Source: Chloroflexota bacterium (lineage in GTDB: Bacteria > Chloroflexota > Limnocylindria > P2-11E). From it: 64,000 nucleotides of DNA. The notes below the pieces were generated by a model that worked only from the letters and a program-made list of their open reading frames with translations, was not told where the DNA came from and did no database searches. Below are positions 10,227-20,639 of this stretch, piece after piece (position 1 is the stretch's first letter; each line of letters starts with the position of its first letter). Position numbers and translations under genes: made by a program. The stretch is taken from NCBI GenBank assembly GCA_038040345.1, contig JBBPIQ010000002.1, forward strand, positions 36,243 to 100,242, read 5' to 3'.

Positions 10227-11034
10227 GCAGCGCCTTCCGGTCCATATCGTTCTGCTCCTCGCGGGGGGGCTGTCGCTCTTCCCGTTGTACTGGCTGTTCC
10301 TGACGTCGCTGTCACCGACGCAGTACGTGGTGCGGGTGCCGCCAGAGGTCGTGCCGCGGGAGCTAACTGCGGCGAACTACGTGCGGCTTTTCGAGACCAC
10401 GCCGATCGTTCGGTGGCTGTTCAACACCGTGGTGATCGCGGGCGTGATCACCGCGTTCCACCTTCTCTTTGACTCCATGGCCGGATACGCGTTCGCGAAG
10501 CGGCGCTTCCCGGGAAAGAACGTGATGTTCTGGCTGGTCGTGAGCACGCTCACGGTGCCGGCGCAGGTGACGCTGATCCCGGTGTTCTTCATCCTCCGGT
10601 TCCTGGGCTTGCTCGATACCTACCCCGGCGTGATCCTTCCGGGATTGGCTGACGTGTTTGGAATATTCCTGATGAAGCAGTTCATCCAGACGCTACCGAC
10701 CGAGCTCGAACACGCCGCGCGCGTCGATGGTGCATCGGAGTGGCAGGTATACCGGCACATCATCGTGCCGCTTTCGCGTCCCGCGCTCGCGGTGCTCGCG
10801 ATCTTCACGTTCCAGCGTTATTGGAACGCCTTCATCTTTCCGCTCGTGATCCTGCACGATCCCGCGAAGTATCCGGTGCAGGTTGGTCTCGCGACGCTGC
10901 AAGGCGAGTTCAATACCGACTACGGGATGCTCATGACGGGCGCTGCGGTTGCGGCGATCCCGATGATCGCCGTGTTTTTCGCCTTCCAGCGACACTTCAT
11001 CGAAGGAATCCGCATCGGCGGGGTGAAGGGCTAG
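10213..11034 (+). CDS. Carbohydrate ABC transporter permease
   Basis: ELEHAARVDGAS motif; ATG 10213 overlaps the upstream permease. Confidence 0.92.
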   Translation: MSSIKQRLPVHIVLLLAGGLSLFPLYWLFLTSLSPTQYVVRVPPEVVPRELTAANYVRLFETTPIVRWLFNTVVIAGVITAFHLLFDSMAGYAFAKRRFPGKNVMFWLVVSTLTVPAQVTLIPVFFILRFLGLLDTYPGVILPGLADVFGIFLMKQFIQTLPTELEHAARVDGASEWQVYRHIIVPLSRPALAVLAIFTFQRYWNAFIFPLVILHDPAKYPVQVGLATLQGEFNTDYGMLMTGAAVAAIPMIAVFFAFQRHFIEGIRIGGVKG

Positions 11035-11061
11035 CCGCGAGCGCACGCCGCCGCGTGAGCC

Positions 11062-12630
11062 TCAGGTGGCCTTCGCCCGTTCCCTCTCCGCGAGCTCTCG
11101 GCGAAGTATTTTCCCGGACGCCGTGCGCGGCACCTTGTCGATGAACTCGACCTCGCGCACGCGCTTGTAGTCGGAGATTCGCTCCTTCACGAAAGCGATC
11201 AGCTCGTCCGCCGTCGCCTGCGCGTTCGGGCGAAGCTGCACGAAGGCTTTCGGGATCTCGCCGGCCTCCTCGTTCGCTTTTCCAATGACGCCGGCGTCCG
11301 CGACCGCGGGGTGCTCGCAGAGCACCGCCTCGACCTCCGCCGGCCCGACACCGAAGCCCTTGTACTTGATGAACTCCTTCTTGCGATCGACGATGAAGAC
11401 GTAACCCTTGTCGTCACGCCGGCCGACGTCGCCGGTGTGGAACCAGCCGTCGCGGATGACGTCCGCCGTGTCCTGCGGCTTGTTCCAGTAGCCGCGCATG
11501 ACCTGCGGGCCGCGAACGCAGATCTCGCCGACCTCGCCGTCCGGGAGCGTCTTCGTGCCCGTCTCGAGATCGACGATCTTGTCCTCGGTGCCGGGGACGA
11601 CCGGCCCGATCGACTCGAGCACGGCCGCGTCCATCGGATTGGCGTGCGTCACCGGTGAGGTCTCGGTCAAGCCGTAGCCCTGGATGATCGGCTTCCCGAT
11701 GCGCTGCATCATCCGGCGCGCGGGATCCGGCGCGAGCGGCGCCGCGCCGCTGAAGAAGAAGCGGACTGACGAGAAGTCGTGCTTTTCCACCTCGGGACTC
11801 ATCGCGAGGCCGAGGACGATCGGCGGGACGATGAAGCAGACCGTCGCACGATGGCGCTCCACGAGCGTGCAGTACTCGACCATGTCGAACCGGGGCATGA
11901 TCACCTGCGTTGCTCCAAGGCTGATCGCGCCGGTCATGAGCAGGTTTAGCGCGTAGATATGGAAGTAGGGGAGCACGTTCAGGAAGACATCGTCGCGGCG
12001 CACTGGCACGGCAGCGAAGAACTGCTGCTGGTTTGCAGTGAGGTTCGCGTGCGTGAGCATGACTCCCTTCGGGAATCCGGTGGTGCCGCTCGTGTACGGA
12101 AGCGCGGCGAGGTCGTCCATGGAGACGCGGACCGAAGCAGTCCCCGCTTCCGCAGCGAGATCGTCGAATCGTTCGACCCCGCTCGGGGCCGTCTTGCCGG
12201 TCACCGCGAACACGCGCACCTTTGTGAGGTCCGGACGCACCGCGTCGACGACCAGAGCCAAAGCCTCGTGGTAGAGGACCGCTGTCGCTCCCGAATCGTC
12301 GACCTGAAAGCGGACCTCACGTTCCTTCGACTGGGCGTTGATCGGATTCACGACCCCGCCCACCTTGAGCGTTCCGTAGAAGGCGATCACAAACTCGACG
12401 GAGTTCGGCATGAAGATGGTCACCCGGTCGCCGGCGCGGACACCGCGTTTCGCGAGCGCCGCCGCGAACCGATCGCTGAGCTCATCGATCTCGCGGAAGG
12501 TGACGCTCCGGTCGCCCATGACGAGCGCCGGCTTGTCGCCGACCTCGCGCGCGACCTCGCGCAGGCGGTCCTGCAGAGTGATCTCGCGGTAGGTGAATCC
12601 CGTCGTCGGCTTCGCCGTCGAAATCGCCAT
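11062..12630 (-). CDS. AMP-binding acyl-CoA ligase (4-coumarate/long-chain fatty acid CoA ligase-like)
   Basis: YTSGTTGFPKG, QGYGLTE, GWFHTGD and SGKILRR. Confidence 0.92.
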   Translation of the reverse strand: MAISTAKPTTGFTYREITLQDRLREVAREVGDKPALVMGDRSVTFREIDELSDRFAAALAKRGVRAGDRVTIFMPNSVEFVIAFYGTLKVGGVVNPINAQSKEREVRFQVDDSGATAVLYHEALALVVDAVRPDLTKVRVFAVTGKTAPSGVERFDDLAAEAGTASVRVSMDDLAALPYTSGTTGFPKGVMLTHANLTANQQQFFAAVPVRRDDVFLNVLPYFHIYALNLLMTGAISLGATQVIMPRFDMVEYCTLVERHRATVCFIVPPIVLGLAMSPEVEKHDFSSVRFFFSGAAPLAPDPARRMMQRIGKPIIQGYGLTETSPVTHANPMDAAVLESIGPVVPGTEDKIVDLETGTKTLPDGEVGEICVRGPQVMRGYWNKPQDTADVIRDGWFHTGDVGRRDDKGYVFIVDRKKEFIKYKGFGVGPAEVEAVLCEHPAVADAGVIGKANEEAGEIPKAFVQLRPNAQATADELIAFVKERISDYKRVREVEFIDKVPRTASGKILRRELAERERAKAT

Positions 12631-12701
12631 GGTGTGCCTCCCCGTGCCTTCGCCCAGCGCGATTCTAGGCTCGAAAGAGCGCACGGAACTATCGTTGGGC
12701 C

Positions 12702-13565
12702 GTGATCCCGAGCGCACAATTCGGCAGCACCGGCCACGAGAGCCGGCGGACCATCTTCGGCGCCGCCGCGCTCGGCCAGGTCACCGAGGCGGAGGCGGAC
12801 CGAGCGCTCGAGCTCGTGCTCCGCTACGACCTGAACCACCTCGACACGGCGGCGAGCTACGGCGATTCAGAGCTGCACATCGCGCCGTGGCTCCGGCGCG
12901 AGGGCCGCGACCGTTTCTTCCTCGCGACCAAGACTGGCCAGCGCACCTATGCCGAGGCCCGCGACCAAATCCGCCTGTCGCTTCGCCGGCTGGGCGTCGA
13001 CCACGTGGACCTGCTCCAGCTGCACAACCTCGTCGACCAGAAGGAGTGGGACGTCGCGATGGGGAAGGACGGCGCGCTTCGCGCCGCCGTCGAGGCGCGT
13101 GACGCCGGCCTCACGCGCTTCATTGGCGTCACCGGCCACGGACTCGAGGTCGCGCGGCGGCACCGCGAAAGTCTCGAGCGCTTTCCCTTCGACAGCGTGC
13201 TGTTCCCATACAACGCAACCCAGCTCGCGGGCGAACAATACGCGCGCGACGCCGAGGCGCTTATCGCGCTCTGCGAGAAACGCGGCGTCGCGATCCAGAC
13301 GATCAAGGCGATCACGCTCGGGCCATGGCCGGGCGAGCGTCCCGCGAGACCGACGACGTGGTACGAGCCCCTCACCGACCTGCGCGACATCGATCTCACG
13401 GTGCGGTTCGTCCTTGCTCGCCCGGGGCTTTTCCTCAACACCGCGAGTGATATCGATCTCCTCGCGAAGATCCTGGACGCCGCGGACCGCGGCGGACCGG
13501 CACCGAGCGTGGAAGAACTGAACGACGTGATCCGTCGCCACGAGATGGCGCCGCTCTTCGCATAG
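12702..13565 (+). CDS. Aldo/keto reductase
   Basis: [12 protein letters not shown] and DLLQLH. Confidence 0.9.
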   Translation: MIPSAQFGSTGHESRRTIFGAAALGQVTEAEADRALELVLRYDLNHLDTAASYGDSELHIAPWLRREGRDRFFLATKTGQRTYAEARDQIRLSLRRLGVDHVDLLQLHNLVDQKEWDVAMGKDGALRAAVEARDAGLTRFIGVTGHGLEVARRHRESLERFPFDSVLFPYNATQLAGEQYARDAEALIALCEKRGVAIQTIKAITLGPWPGERPARPTTWYEPLTDLRDIDLTVRFVLARPGLFLNTASDIDLLAKILDAADRGGPAPSVEELNDVIRRHEMAPLFA

Positions 13566-13574
13566 CCGGAAACC

Positions 13575-14204
13575 ATGATTCGTCACTACAACGACCTCGC
13601 GGGCCGCCGCCTCGACCGGATCGCCGCGCTGTCCGACGGCGTGTTTGCGATCGCGATGACCCTCATCGTCCTCGAGATACACGTTCCCGATCCGGGACCG
13701 ATCGTCACGGAGCAGGACCTCTGGAACGCGCTGCTCACTCTCGGGCCGCGTCTCGTGACCTACCTCTTGAGCTTTCTAACGCTCGGAATCTTTTGGAACG
13801 CTCAGCAGACGCAGCTCAACCTATTTGCAACTGCCGATCGCGATCTCGCGTGGCTGCAGCTCGCGTTCCTCGCTACCGTAGCGCTGATGCCGTTCTCGAC
13901 TGCGCTTCTCGCGGAGTTCATCACATTCCGCCTCGCGCTCGTCGCGTACTGGGCGAACATCCTCCTGCTCGGCGTGATCGTCTACCTCGCCTTGATCTAC
14001 GCCGAAGGGCACGGCCTCCTGAACAAAGACACAACGGCGGAGATGTCGAGAGTGATCAAGCGGCGGATTGTCGCGGCGCAAGGTCTCTATGCGTTCGGAG
14101 CGCTGCTCTGCTTGATAAACCCGCTCTGGAGCATCGTCTTTATCGTCCTCGTGCAGCTCAACTTCGCGATCGCGCCGAAGATCCCGATCCTCTCGCGGAT
14201 CTAA
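13575..14204 (+). CDS. TMEM175 family potassium channel
   Basis: RIAALSDGVFAIAMTL signature and 6 TM helices. Confidence 0.88.
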   Translation: MIRHYNDLAGRRLDRIAALSDGVFAIAMTLIVLEIHVPDPGPIVTEQDLWNALLTLGPRLVTYLLSFLTLGIFWNAQQTQLNLFATADRDLAWLQLAFLATVALMPFSTALLAEFITFRLALVAYWANILLLGVIVYLALIYAEGHGLLNKDTTAEMSRVIKRRIVAAQGLYAFGALLCLINPLWSIVFIVLVQLNFAIAPKIPILSRI

Positions 14205-15049
14205 CGCGTCTCGAGCGGCTTCTTTCCGTCGGACGGCGGGAAGGATTCGTCCAGCTCCTCGAGGTCGCGTTTCGTGAGCTTGATATCCGCGGCGCCGCGG
14301 TTCTCGTGCACGTGCTTCGGGTCGGCCGCCTTCGGGATCGCAATGACGCCGTCCTCGCGGATCACCCAGGCGAGTGCGATCTGCGCGGGCGTCGCATCGT
14401 GCCGCTCGGCGACGCGCTTCAACACGGGATGCGGGTTGGTGAGAAGCCCTTCCTCGACGGGGGAGTACGCGATCACCGGGCGGTGCCGCTTCCGCATCCA
14501 GGCCACCAGGTCCCATTCGATCGCGCGGCGCTGGAGGTTGTAGAGGACTTGGTCGGTGACGATGCGCTCGAGGCCATCTTTGAGTCGCGCCAGCTCCTCC
14601 ATGTCGTCGACGTCGAAGTTGCTCACTCCCGCGTAGCGGATCTTTTTCGCCTCGAGGAGATCGTCGAAACCGGCGAGCGTTTCTTTCACAGGCACGTCGC
14701 TGGGCCAGTGCAGCAGGTAGAGGTCGATCTGCTCGATGTCGAGCCGCCGGAGGCTGCGATCGCACGCCGCGGCCATACGCTCGCGAGTCGCGTTCTGTGG
14801 ATAGAACTTGGTGACGACGAACACCTGGTCGCGGCGGCCGGCGATGGCCTCACCCACGACGCGCTCCGCGCCGCCATTCGCGTACATCTCCGCCGTGTCG
14901 ATGAGCGTCATCCCGAGCTCGATGCCCGTGCGTAACGCGGCGACTTCGCTGTCTCGTTTGCTCTTGTCGTCGCCCATGCGCCACGTGCCCTGGCCGAGAA
15001 CGGGCACCGTCTCGCCGCCGGGGAGCTTGGTGAAACGAATTCGCGTCAC
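14201..15049 (-). CDS. Aldo/keto reductase (YeaE-like)
   Basis: GQGTW, IDTAEMY, DLYLLHW and AIPKA. Confidence 0.92.
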   Translation of the reverse strand: MTRIRFTKLPGGETVPVLGQGTWRMGDDKSKRDSEVAALRTGIELGMTLIDTAEMYANGGAERVVGEAIAGRRDQVFVVTKFYPQNATRERMAAACDRSLRRLDIEQIDLYLLHWPSDVPVKETLAGFDDLLEAKKIRYAGVSNFDVDDMEELARLKDGLERIVTDQVLYNLQRRAIEWDLVAWMRKRHRPVIAYSPVEEGLLTNPHPVLKRVAERHDATPAQIALAWVIREDGVIAIPKAADPKHVHENRGAADIKLTKRDLEELDESFPPSDGKKPLETR

Positions 15050-15077
15050 GGGTCGAACGTCCGCATGAGCTGTGCCG

Positions 15078-15707
15078 CTACGACCTCCGGCGTGTTCCCA
15101 TCAGGTAATAGAAGAACCCGCCGATCAACAAGATCGGCAGCAGGCTAAGGACGATCGGCCCGACGACTCCGATCGGCTGCGTTCCCTGCTCGTACCTGAG
15201 CGCGATCGCCTGCGATGGATTCGCCGCGTTGTAGTTCGCAACAGCCGGCGCAAGGGCCGTGTCGGGCTGCGGCAGCGTCGTCTGTTCTTTGTGCGTGGGG
15301 CTGTCCCTGAACTCCATGGTCGCCGTGCTTCCAGTCACGGTCACTGCTCGGACGCCTCCCGCGTTGATGTCCCGGATCGCCTGAGCCACGCCGACCTGCG
15401 GTACCGACGGTGCCTGCGAGCGGTACGCGTAAAGCAGCCCGAGTCCGAGGAAGACCAGAAGCAGCGCGAGCGCCCCAACTCGCACGATCGCAAGACCGGG
15501 TGCGGAGACTCGTGTCGGTAGGGGTCGCGGCATCGCGAACATGCCCGACTCGCGGAATCCGCCACAGCGGCACGCGGCTCCGCCGACCTCGCGGTAACAG
15601 GGTCGCTCGACGGGCGGGTCAGATCCAAGACGAGCGCGTTCGGCGTCGCGGTCGTGCCAGTCGCGCGTGTGACCGCATGTCTCGCAGATCGCTCGCGGGT
15701 CGAACAC
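15078..15707 (-). CDS. FtsH N-terminal (TM-extracellular-TM) domain protein with a Cys/His-rich N-terminus
   Basis: QAIRDINAGGVRAVTVTG...LLPILLIGGFFYYLM resembles the FtsH extracellular domain and TM2; N-terminal CxxCxH...C...CxC; no AAA domain. Confidence 0.65.
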   Translation of the reverse strand: MFDPRAICETCGHTRDWHDRDAERARLGSDPPVERPCYREVGGAACRCGGFRESGMFAMPRPLPTRVSAPGLAIVRVGALALLLVFLGLGLLYAYRSQAPSVPQVGVAQAIRDINAGGVRAVTVTGSTATMEFRDSPTHKEQTTLPQPDTALAPAVANYNAANPSQAIALRYEQGTQPIGVVGPIVLSLLPILLIGGFFYYLMGTRRRS

Positions 15708-15733
15708 GGACGAACTCTACTGAGCCGCGCGGC

Positions 15734-16600
15734 TCAGTGGATCCAGGAGAGCGTGCACATGTCGGGACAGGCGAGCGCGAGCTTCGTCGCGTACGTGAGG
15801 TCGAACTCACGGCTCAGGATCATCGGTCCGCGATCGACGACCGGGACGGTGACCTCGTTCGCGCCGTATTTGAGGTGCACGAGCGTCCCGCAAGGCAGCG
15901 TGCGATGCGCGACGCCCTGCAGCGTCGTCGTGAGCGTCAGCCCGCACGCGGTCCGGTTCCCGTAGAGGCCGGGTCCGTAGTACGAGGCGAGGACGGTCGT
16001 CGTGATCACCGGCACGGGTGCAGGTGGCGGCGGCGGAGCGGTCCCATCTGCCTTCAGTACCGTCACGACCCAGAAGACCCCGTAGTCCTCCATCCACTGC
16101 GCGCCCTCGATGAGCGGGCGCAATGCGACGCGGAAGGTTCCCGGCACGGGCGGCGCGACAACATCGAATTGGAACCACGCGACCTGATTCGGTCCGACGT
16201 ACGGTGCTGGCTGCGCGGCCAAACGGTTGTAGCGCGGCCATCCGGTCGCGGGCGAACCCGCGGTCCCGTCTCCACCGAGGATGCTCGCCGAATCCTGGCC
16301 GTGCTCGGGCGTCCACGTGCCGAGATACGCGACCTCGCCCATGTGACCCGCGACCCATCCGCGCGATCCGCTGTTGTAGAACGCGACGGTCGCCGTCGCT
16401 TTCGCTCCCATGCAGAGCGACATGTACCCGCTCTGTCCATACCACGCCGCGTGGAAGCCCGGCAAGCCGCTCGACACACGAGACGGCGGTGCGATGCCTG
16501 GTCCCACGCTGCTCGTGCAGGTAGCCGCCTGCGACGAAGATGTCGGCGTGAGCGCAACGACAAGCGCAAAGACGATTAGAAGGTTCCGTACCCTACCCAC
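15734..16600 (-). CDS. Secreted protein with an NBR1-Ig-like domain and a C-terminal RlpA-like double-psi beta-barrel
   Basis: Signal peptide, Pro linker and ASYYGPG...TACG...VAHRTLPCGT...VVDRGP...FDL. Confidence 0.8.
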   Translation of the reverse strand: MGRVRNLLIVFALVVALTPTSSSQAATCTSSVGPGIAPPSRVSSGLPGFHAAWYGQSGYMSLCMGAKATATVAFYNSGSRGWVAGHMGEVAYLGTWTPEHGQDSASILGGDGTAGSPATGWPRYNRLAAQPAPYVGPNQVAWFQFDVVAPPVPGTFRVALRPLIEGAQWMEDYGVFWVVTVLKADGTAPPPPPAPVPVITTTVLASYYGPGLYGNRTACGLTLTTTLQGVAHRTLPCGTLVHLKYGANEVTVPVVDRGPMILSREFDLTYATKLALACPDMCTLSWIH

Positions 16601-16661
16601 GACTCCTCTAACGCGTGAGCGCGATCAGCGATATGAAGAGGTTGCGATGGGGTGTCTGTCG

Positions 16662-17273
16662 TTACTTCCAGCGATGCTCGACGAGCCCGGCATCGAGCGA
16701 GCGCTTCCCCACGCGATGCAGGCGCTTCGCCATCGATGGCCGCAGGAGCGGCGTGTGCGCGATCGTGAGGAGGTACTCGGGAATGAACCACACGTCTTTC
16801 TCCTCCGTCATCCATTCGAGACGATCGAACCTGGCGAGATCGACCGGCCGCGAGAACGTGCGCAGCGTACGTTCCCCGTTGAGGTTGAAGTACACGTCGA
16901 AGTAGCTGATCGCGAGCTCTCGAAGAGTGCGATGGATCGGCTCGCGATAGCGGCAGCCCGTGTAGTTCGATTTGGCGACCGCGCCCCAGTGGCCGCGTAC
17001 CTTGAAGACCGCGATCACGTGGTCGGTGTCGCGCTCCGCCTCCAGGTCGAGTATCAGCGGCGGGAAGCCGAGAACCCGGAGTGCCGCTGCGCCGAAGAAC
17101 GCGCCCTCCAGACAGTGCGCCGTGCGCTCGCGCAGGACGCGTTTCGGCGACCATGCGGTCGTCGCGAGGTGATAGGGCATGTCGTCGAGAAACCGCTGCA
17201 CCCCGTACGGCGTCTTGAGAGAGCGCAGCTTTCGCAGCTCCGCCGGCGTGAAGCCATCATTCACATGGAACAT
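16662..17273 (-). CDS. Conserved hypothetical protein, transglutaminase-like Cys-His fold
   Basis: SPKRVLRERTAHCLEGA, DHVIAVF and WGAVAKSN. Confidence 0.7.
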   Translation of the reverse strand: MFHVNDGFTPAELRKLRSLKTPYGVQRFLDDMPYHLATTAWSPKRVLRERTAHCLEGAFFGAAALRVLGFPPLILDLEAERDTDHVIAVFKVRGHWGAVAKSNYTGCRYREPIHRTLRELAISYFDVYFNLNGERTLRTFSRPVDLARFDRLEWMTEEKDVWFIPEYLLTIAHTPLLRPSMAKRLHRVGKRSLDAGLVEHRWK

Positions 17274-17288
17274 TCTTGTGGATAAACC

Positions 17289-18278
17289 GTGAGCGCGAGA
17301 CCGGGCGTCGGACTTCCGGGCACCGTCACGATGCGCGAGGCGGAGCAGCTCGCTGGCGAAGCCGAGAATGCAGGCGCGTCAGGGGTCTGGGTAGCCGACG
17401 TGCGGCGCGAGCCGTTCCTCACGTCGGCGGCCGCGCTTCGCGCGACGACGCGGGTCACGGTCGGGACCGATGTGGCGGTCGCGTTTTCGCGTTCGCCGGC
17501 GGCCACGGCGCAGGCCGCGTGGGACCTCGCGGGGTACGGGAACGGGCGGTTCGTCCTTGGGCTCGGGAGCCAGGTAGGGCCCACGCTGCTCTCGCGTTTC
17601 GGGGTCGAGGCGGACCACCCCGCCGCTCGCCTGCGGGACTACGTGCTGGCGGTCCGCGCCTGCTGGGACGCCTACCGAAAAGGACATGGCCGCTACGAAG
17701 GCGAGTTCTACGCGATCCGGCAGCCCGTCTTTTCACCCGGCGCCGACGATCCGTGGCCGGCCATCCCGATCTATGTCGCGGGCGTGAACCCGGTCATGAC
17801 GGCCGTGGCCGGCGAAATCGCGGATGGCTTCGCGGCTCACATGTTCTGCACGCCGATATATCTCGACCGGATCATTCGTCCCGCGCTCGCGCGCGGCGCC
17901 GCGCGAGCAAAGCGAGACGCACCTCCGGTGCACATGCCGCTCGTCGTGGGACGCGACCGCATGTCCCTCGCGCTCCAGATAACCACGTACACCGTGCCGG
18001 CGTATCGCCGCGTTCTGGACGAGTCGGGCCTTCGCGAAGAGGCTGACGCGATACTCGCGGCTCTTGCAGACCGCCGTCGGACCGAGGCCGCGCGGATCAT
18101 CGAAGAGCATTGCCTCGACCAGCTGGGCGTCGCCGTTCTCGACGACCTCGCCGGACGCGTGCGCCTCTGGAGCGCGAACGCCGATGTCATCGGTCTGACG
18201 GTGCCGTGGTACGGGCTCGACAGCGCCGCGCAGGTCGTATTGTTTCGCGATGTGCTGCGCGCGCTAGAGCAGATGTAA
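17289..18278 (+). CDS. LLM class (probably F420-dependent) oxidoreductase
   Basis: VAVAFSRSP, GRFVLGLGSQV and AGEIADG. Confidence 0.85.
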   Translation: MSARPGVGLPGTVTMREAEQLAGEAENAGASGVWVADVRREPFLTSAAALRATTRVTVGTDVAVAFSRSPAATAQAAWDLAGYGNGRFVLGLGSQVGPTLLSRFGVEADHPAARLRDYVLAVRACWDAYRKGHGRYEGEFYAIRQPVFSPGADDPWPAIPIYVAGVNPVMTAVAGEIADGFAAHMFCTPIYLDRIIRPALARGAARAKRDAPPVHMPLVVGRDRMSLALQITTYTVPAYRRVLDESGLREEADAILAALADRRRTEAARIIEEHCLDQLGVAVLDDLAGRVRLWSANADVIGLTVPWYGLDSAAQVVLFRDVLRALEQM

Positions 18279-18287
18279 TCTCCGCGC

Positions 18288-18506
18288 GTGCCGTTCAAGA
18301 GTCAAGCGCAACGCCGCAAGTTCGCAGAGCTTCTCGTGAAAGGTGAGATCTCGAAAGAGACCTACGAGGAATGGAATCGCGAGACAGGGAGCGAGAAGCT
18401 TCCCGAGCGCGTGGCGAAAAAAGACAAGACAAAGACGACATCGAAGGCTAAGCCGAGCAAGAGGAAGACTGCGACGCGCGCCAAAGGCAAAGCCCCCAAG
18501 CGCTGA
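18288..18506 (+). CDS. Small basic conserved protein with a Lys-rich tail
   Basis: MPFKSQAQRRKF...EEWNRETG...LPER; TAATCT -10 box 6 nt upstream of the start. Confidence 0.7.
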   Translation: MPFKSQAQRRKFAELLVKGEISKETYEEWNRETGSEKLPERVAKKDKTKTTSKAKPSKRKTATRAKGKAPKR

Positions 18507-18553
18507 GCGGCCCCGCAGGCGCCGAGTTTCCCCGGCGCCTGCGAGTTGATGCG

Positions 18554-18880
18554 CTACGCCGCGACGGCGGTCTTGATCGGACCGTGAGTCTTGTGCGTGA
18601 GGCTCTCTTCCACATCGAAGAGCTTCGCGGAGATGTCCATGAGCGTCGGCTGCTTCTTCAGCCCCATGACGATCTCGCCGTTCAGATATGCGTTCGCTGA
18701 CGGCTCGTCCCTGAAGAGGTAGATGCCGCCGGCCTCGTGATTTTTCTCGCTCACGAGCCAGACCTTCCAGTCGAGGCCGGGAACGGCCGCGATCGGATCG
18801 GCGAACGGAGCGACGAGCTTCTTGTACTCGTCCGCGGACGAGGTGAACTTGAAGTTGATCTGGAGGATTTTCTGGGTCAT
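18554..18880 (-). CDS. YdhR family putative monooxygenase
   Basis: PGLDWKVW and EAGGIYLF; SD AGGA. Confidence 0.85.
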   Translation of the reverse strand: MTQKILQINFKFTSSADEYKKLVAPFADPIAAVPGLDWKVWLVSEKNHEAGGIYLFRDEPSANAYLNGEIVMGLKKQPTLMDISAKLFDVEESLTHKTHGPIKTAVAA

Positions 18881-18946
18881 TTCATTTCCTTCTGGCTAGG
18901 CCTCGCGAGGCCTGCCGGTGAGCGCGCGGATGGTCCTCGTAGTTCG

Positions 18947-19597
18947 CTAGCGGGTTGCGGCGACGGGCGCGAGGATCTCGGTGAAGTACACCTCGAACGC
19001 CTCGACCTTGCCGCTCTTACCACCGAACTTCTTGATCGCTTCATCGCGTAGGCCGGCGACGGTCGCTTCGCTCTTCTCTAGATCCTTCTGGGTGTCCCAG
19101 CCGGACGCGGAGAGGGTCCTCCCGGTCTTTCGATTCACGAACAAGATCGCCGTGCGCGCGCCGGGCTGCTTGCGGATCACCGGAACGATCATCTCTTCGA
19201 AGAAGGCGATGCCTTCGGCGGCCTTGGCCGGATCGGCCTCAACGGTCGTCACGCGGACGAACACGCCTGCCTTTGGCGGCTGGATCCGCTCCTGCACCGC
19301 GACCTCGCACTCGTCCTCGTCCACGATCTTGCTGCCGGCGTTGCTCATGATCGTTTCCGCCTGCGGGCGGACCTTCGCACGTGCGTTCTTCATGGCCTCG
19401 TCGCTTGCCCAGTAGGTCACCGACAGGCCATCGCCGGTCTTTCGGTTCCCGACGAGTGTCGCGCCACGGAAACCGTCTTGCTTCTTGAGCAAGGGAAGGA
19501 CCTCGCTGGTCCATTGCTTGATCGCCGTATCGCTGTTCGTAGGCTCGGTCTTGAGCCGTATCACGCGGGCGTGGGTAGTTCTCTGTTCGTTGGACAT
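18947..19597 (-). CDS. Tandem ABM-like (dimeric alpha/beta barrel) domain protein
   Basis: Two internal repeats of about 100 aa (QDGF/QPGA...NRKTG...W); SD GGAGG. Confidence 0.75.
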   Translation of the reverse strand: MSNEQRTTHARVIRLKTEPTNSDTAIKQWTSEVLPLLKKQDGFRGATLVGNRKTGDGLSVTYWASDEAMKNARAKVRPQAETIMSNAGSKIVDEDECEVAVQERIQPPKAGVFVRVTTVEADPAKAAEGIAFFEEMIVPVIRKQPGARTAILFVNRKTGRTLSASGWDTQKDLEKSEATVAGLRDEAIKKFGGKSGKVEAFEVYFTEILAPVAATR

Positions 19598-19803
19598 AAT
19601 TTGCCCTCCTTGGGCGAGTCATCGCGATTGGGATCTGCGCGGGGCGCGCGGCAAAGCCGCACGGACTTTCCATTGAGATATGGAGCGCGTCCTTTTGAGC
19701 GCCCCACGCACCCAAGTCCTAACCATACTCACGCCACCAAGGCGCACATCACGCTCTGGTAACGGAGAGTCGCGGCAGAGACCGAACGCGAAGCGCGGTG
19801 TCG

Positions 19804-20553
19804 CTACGCGGCGCGCTGCGGTACGGCGATCGCCTGGCGAAGGAACGCGACGCTCGCCTCCGCGACATCGTGGCGGCGCGCATCCACCGTGATCGCGTGG
19901 CCGGTGCCCTCGAGGAACAGCGTCGTGACCGGTCCGCCGAGACGCCCCGCGAGCTCGTGCGCGTAACGGACCGGCACGAGGCGGTCCTCGACGGCGTGCG
20001 CGACAAACGCCGGGCAGCGGATCTCGCCCAGCCGGCGGCGGACGAGGCCGATCCCATGAAGGAGCTCGGCGACGGCGCGCACGGGGGCGGGGTCGTAGCA
20101 CTTCCCGCCGGCGTTGAGGTCGACCAGGTCGCTCGCGGGAGACGGCACCTGCTTGATGACCCGCCACACATACGGGGCGAGGTACGCGATGGGGTTGCTC
20201 ATCCCGAGCGCGGTCGCGCACAGGACCACCGCGGAGGGCTTGCGACGGAGGGCGATGTCCAACGTCATCGTCGCTCCGGCCGAAAGGCCTCCCACGACGA
20301 CCTTCTCGTGGTCGCGCGCGAGCTCGTCGTATGCGGCGAGCGCGGACGACATCCAGTCCTCCCAGCAGAGGCCGAACATGTCGGAGGGACGGGTGCCGCG
20401 GCCCGGGAGGAGTGGGGCGCTCACCGTGTAGCCATCTGCGACGAGCGCTACTTTCATGAAGTGCATGTCGACAGGCGTCCCGGTCAGGCCATGGAGGAGC
20501 AGCACCGCGGCGTCGCGGCGAGCCGACGAGACCGAATCAGCGAGGTCGCGCAT
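19804..20553 (-). CDS. Carboxylesterase/monoacylglycerol lipase-like alpha/beta hydrolase
   Basis: LLLHGLTG, GLSAG nucleophile elbow, EDRLV and GHAIT. Confidence 0.85.
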   Translation of the reverse strand: MRDLADSVSSARRDAAVLLLHGLTGTPVDMHFMKVALVADGYTVSAPLLPGRGTRPSDMFGLCWEDWMSSALAAYDELARDHEKVVVGGLSAGATMTLDIALRRKPSAVVLCATALGMSNPIAYLAPYVWRVIKQVPSPASDLVDLNAGGKCYDPAPVRAVAELLHGIGLVRRRLGEIRCPAFVAHAVEDRLVPVRYAHELAGRLGGPVTTLFLEGTGHAITVDARRHDVAEASVAFLRQAIAVPQRAA

Positions 20554-20639
20554 AGATTTCAAGCAGGCATACGCCGTGCCGGACCGTGCTGGTTCCCCCG
20601 AACGGGTAGCAGACAAGAGGCACACTGGTTGCAATTCTC

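Noticed and set aside
4239-11034. Orphan binding proteins and an ABC transporter lacking an ATPase as a novel system
   Set aside because: Shared MsiK-type ATPases and orphan SBPs are common.
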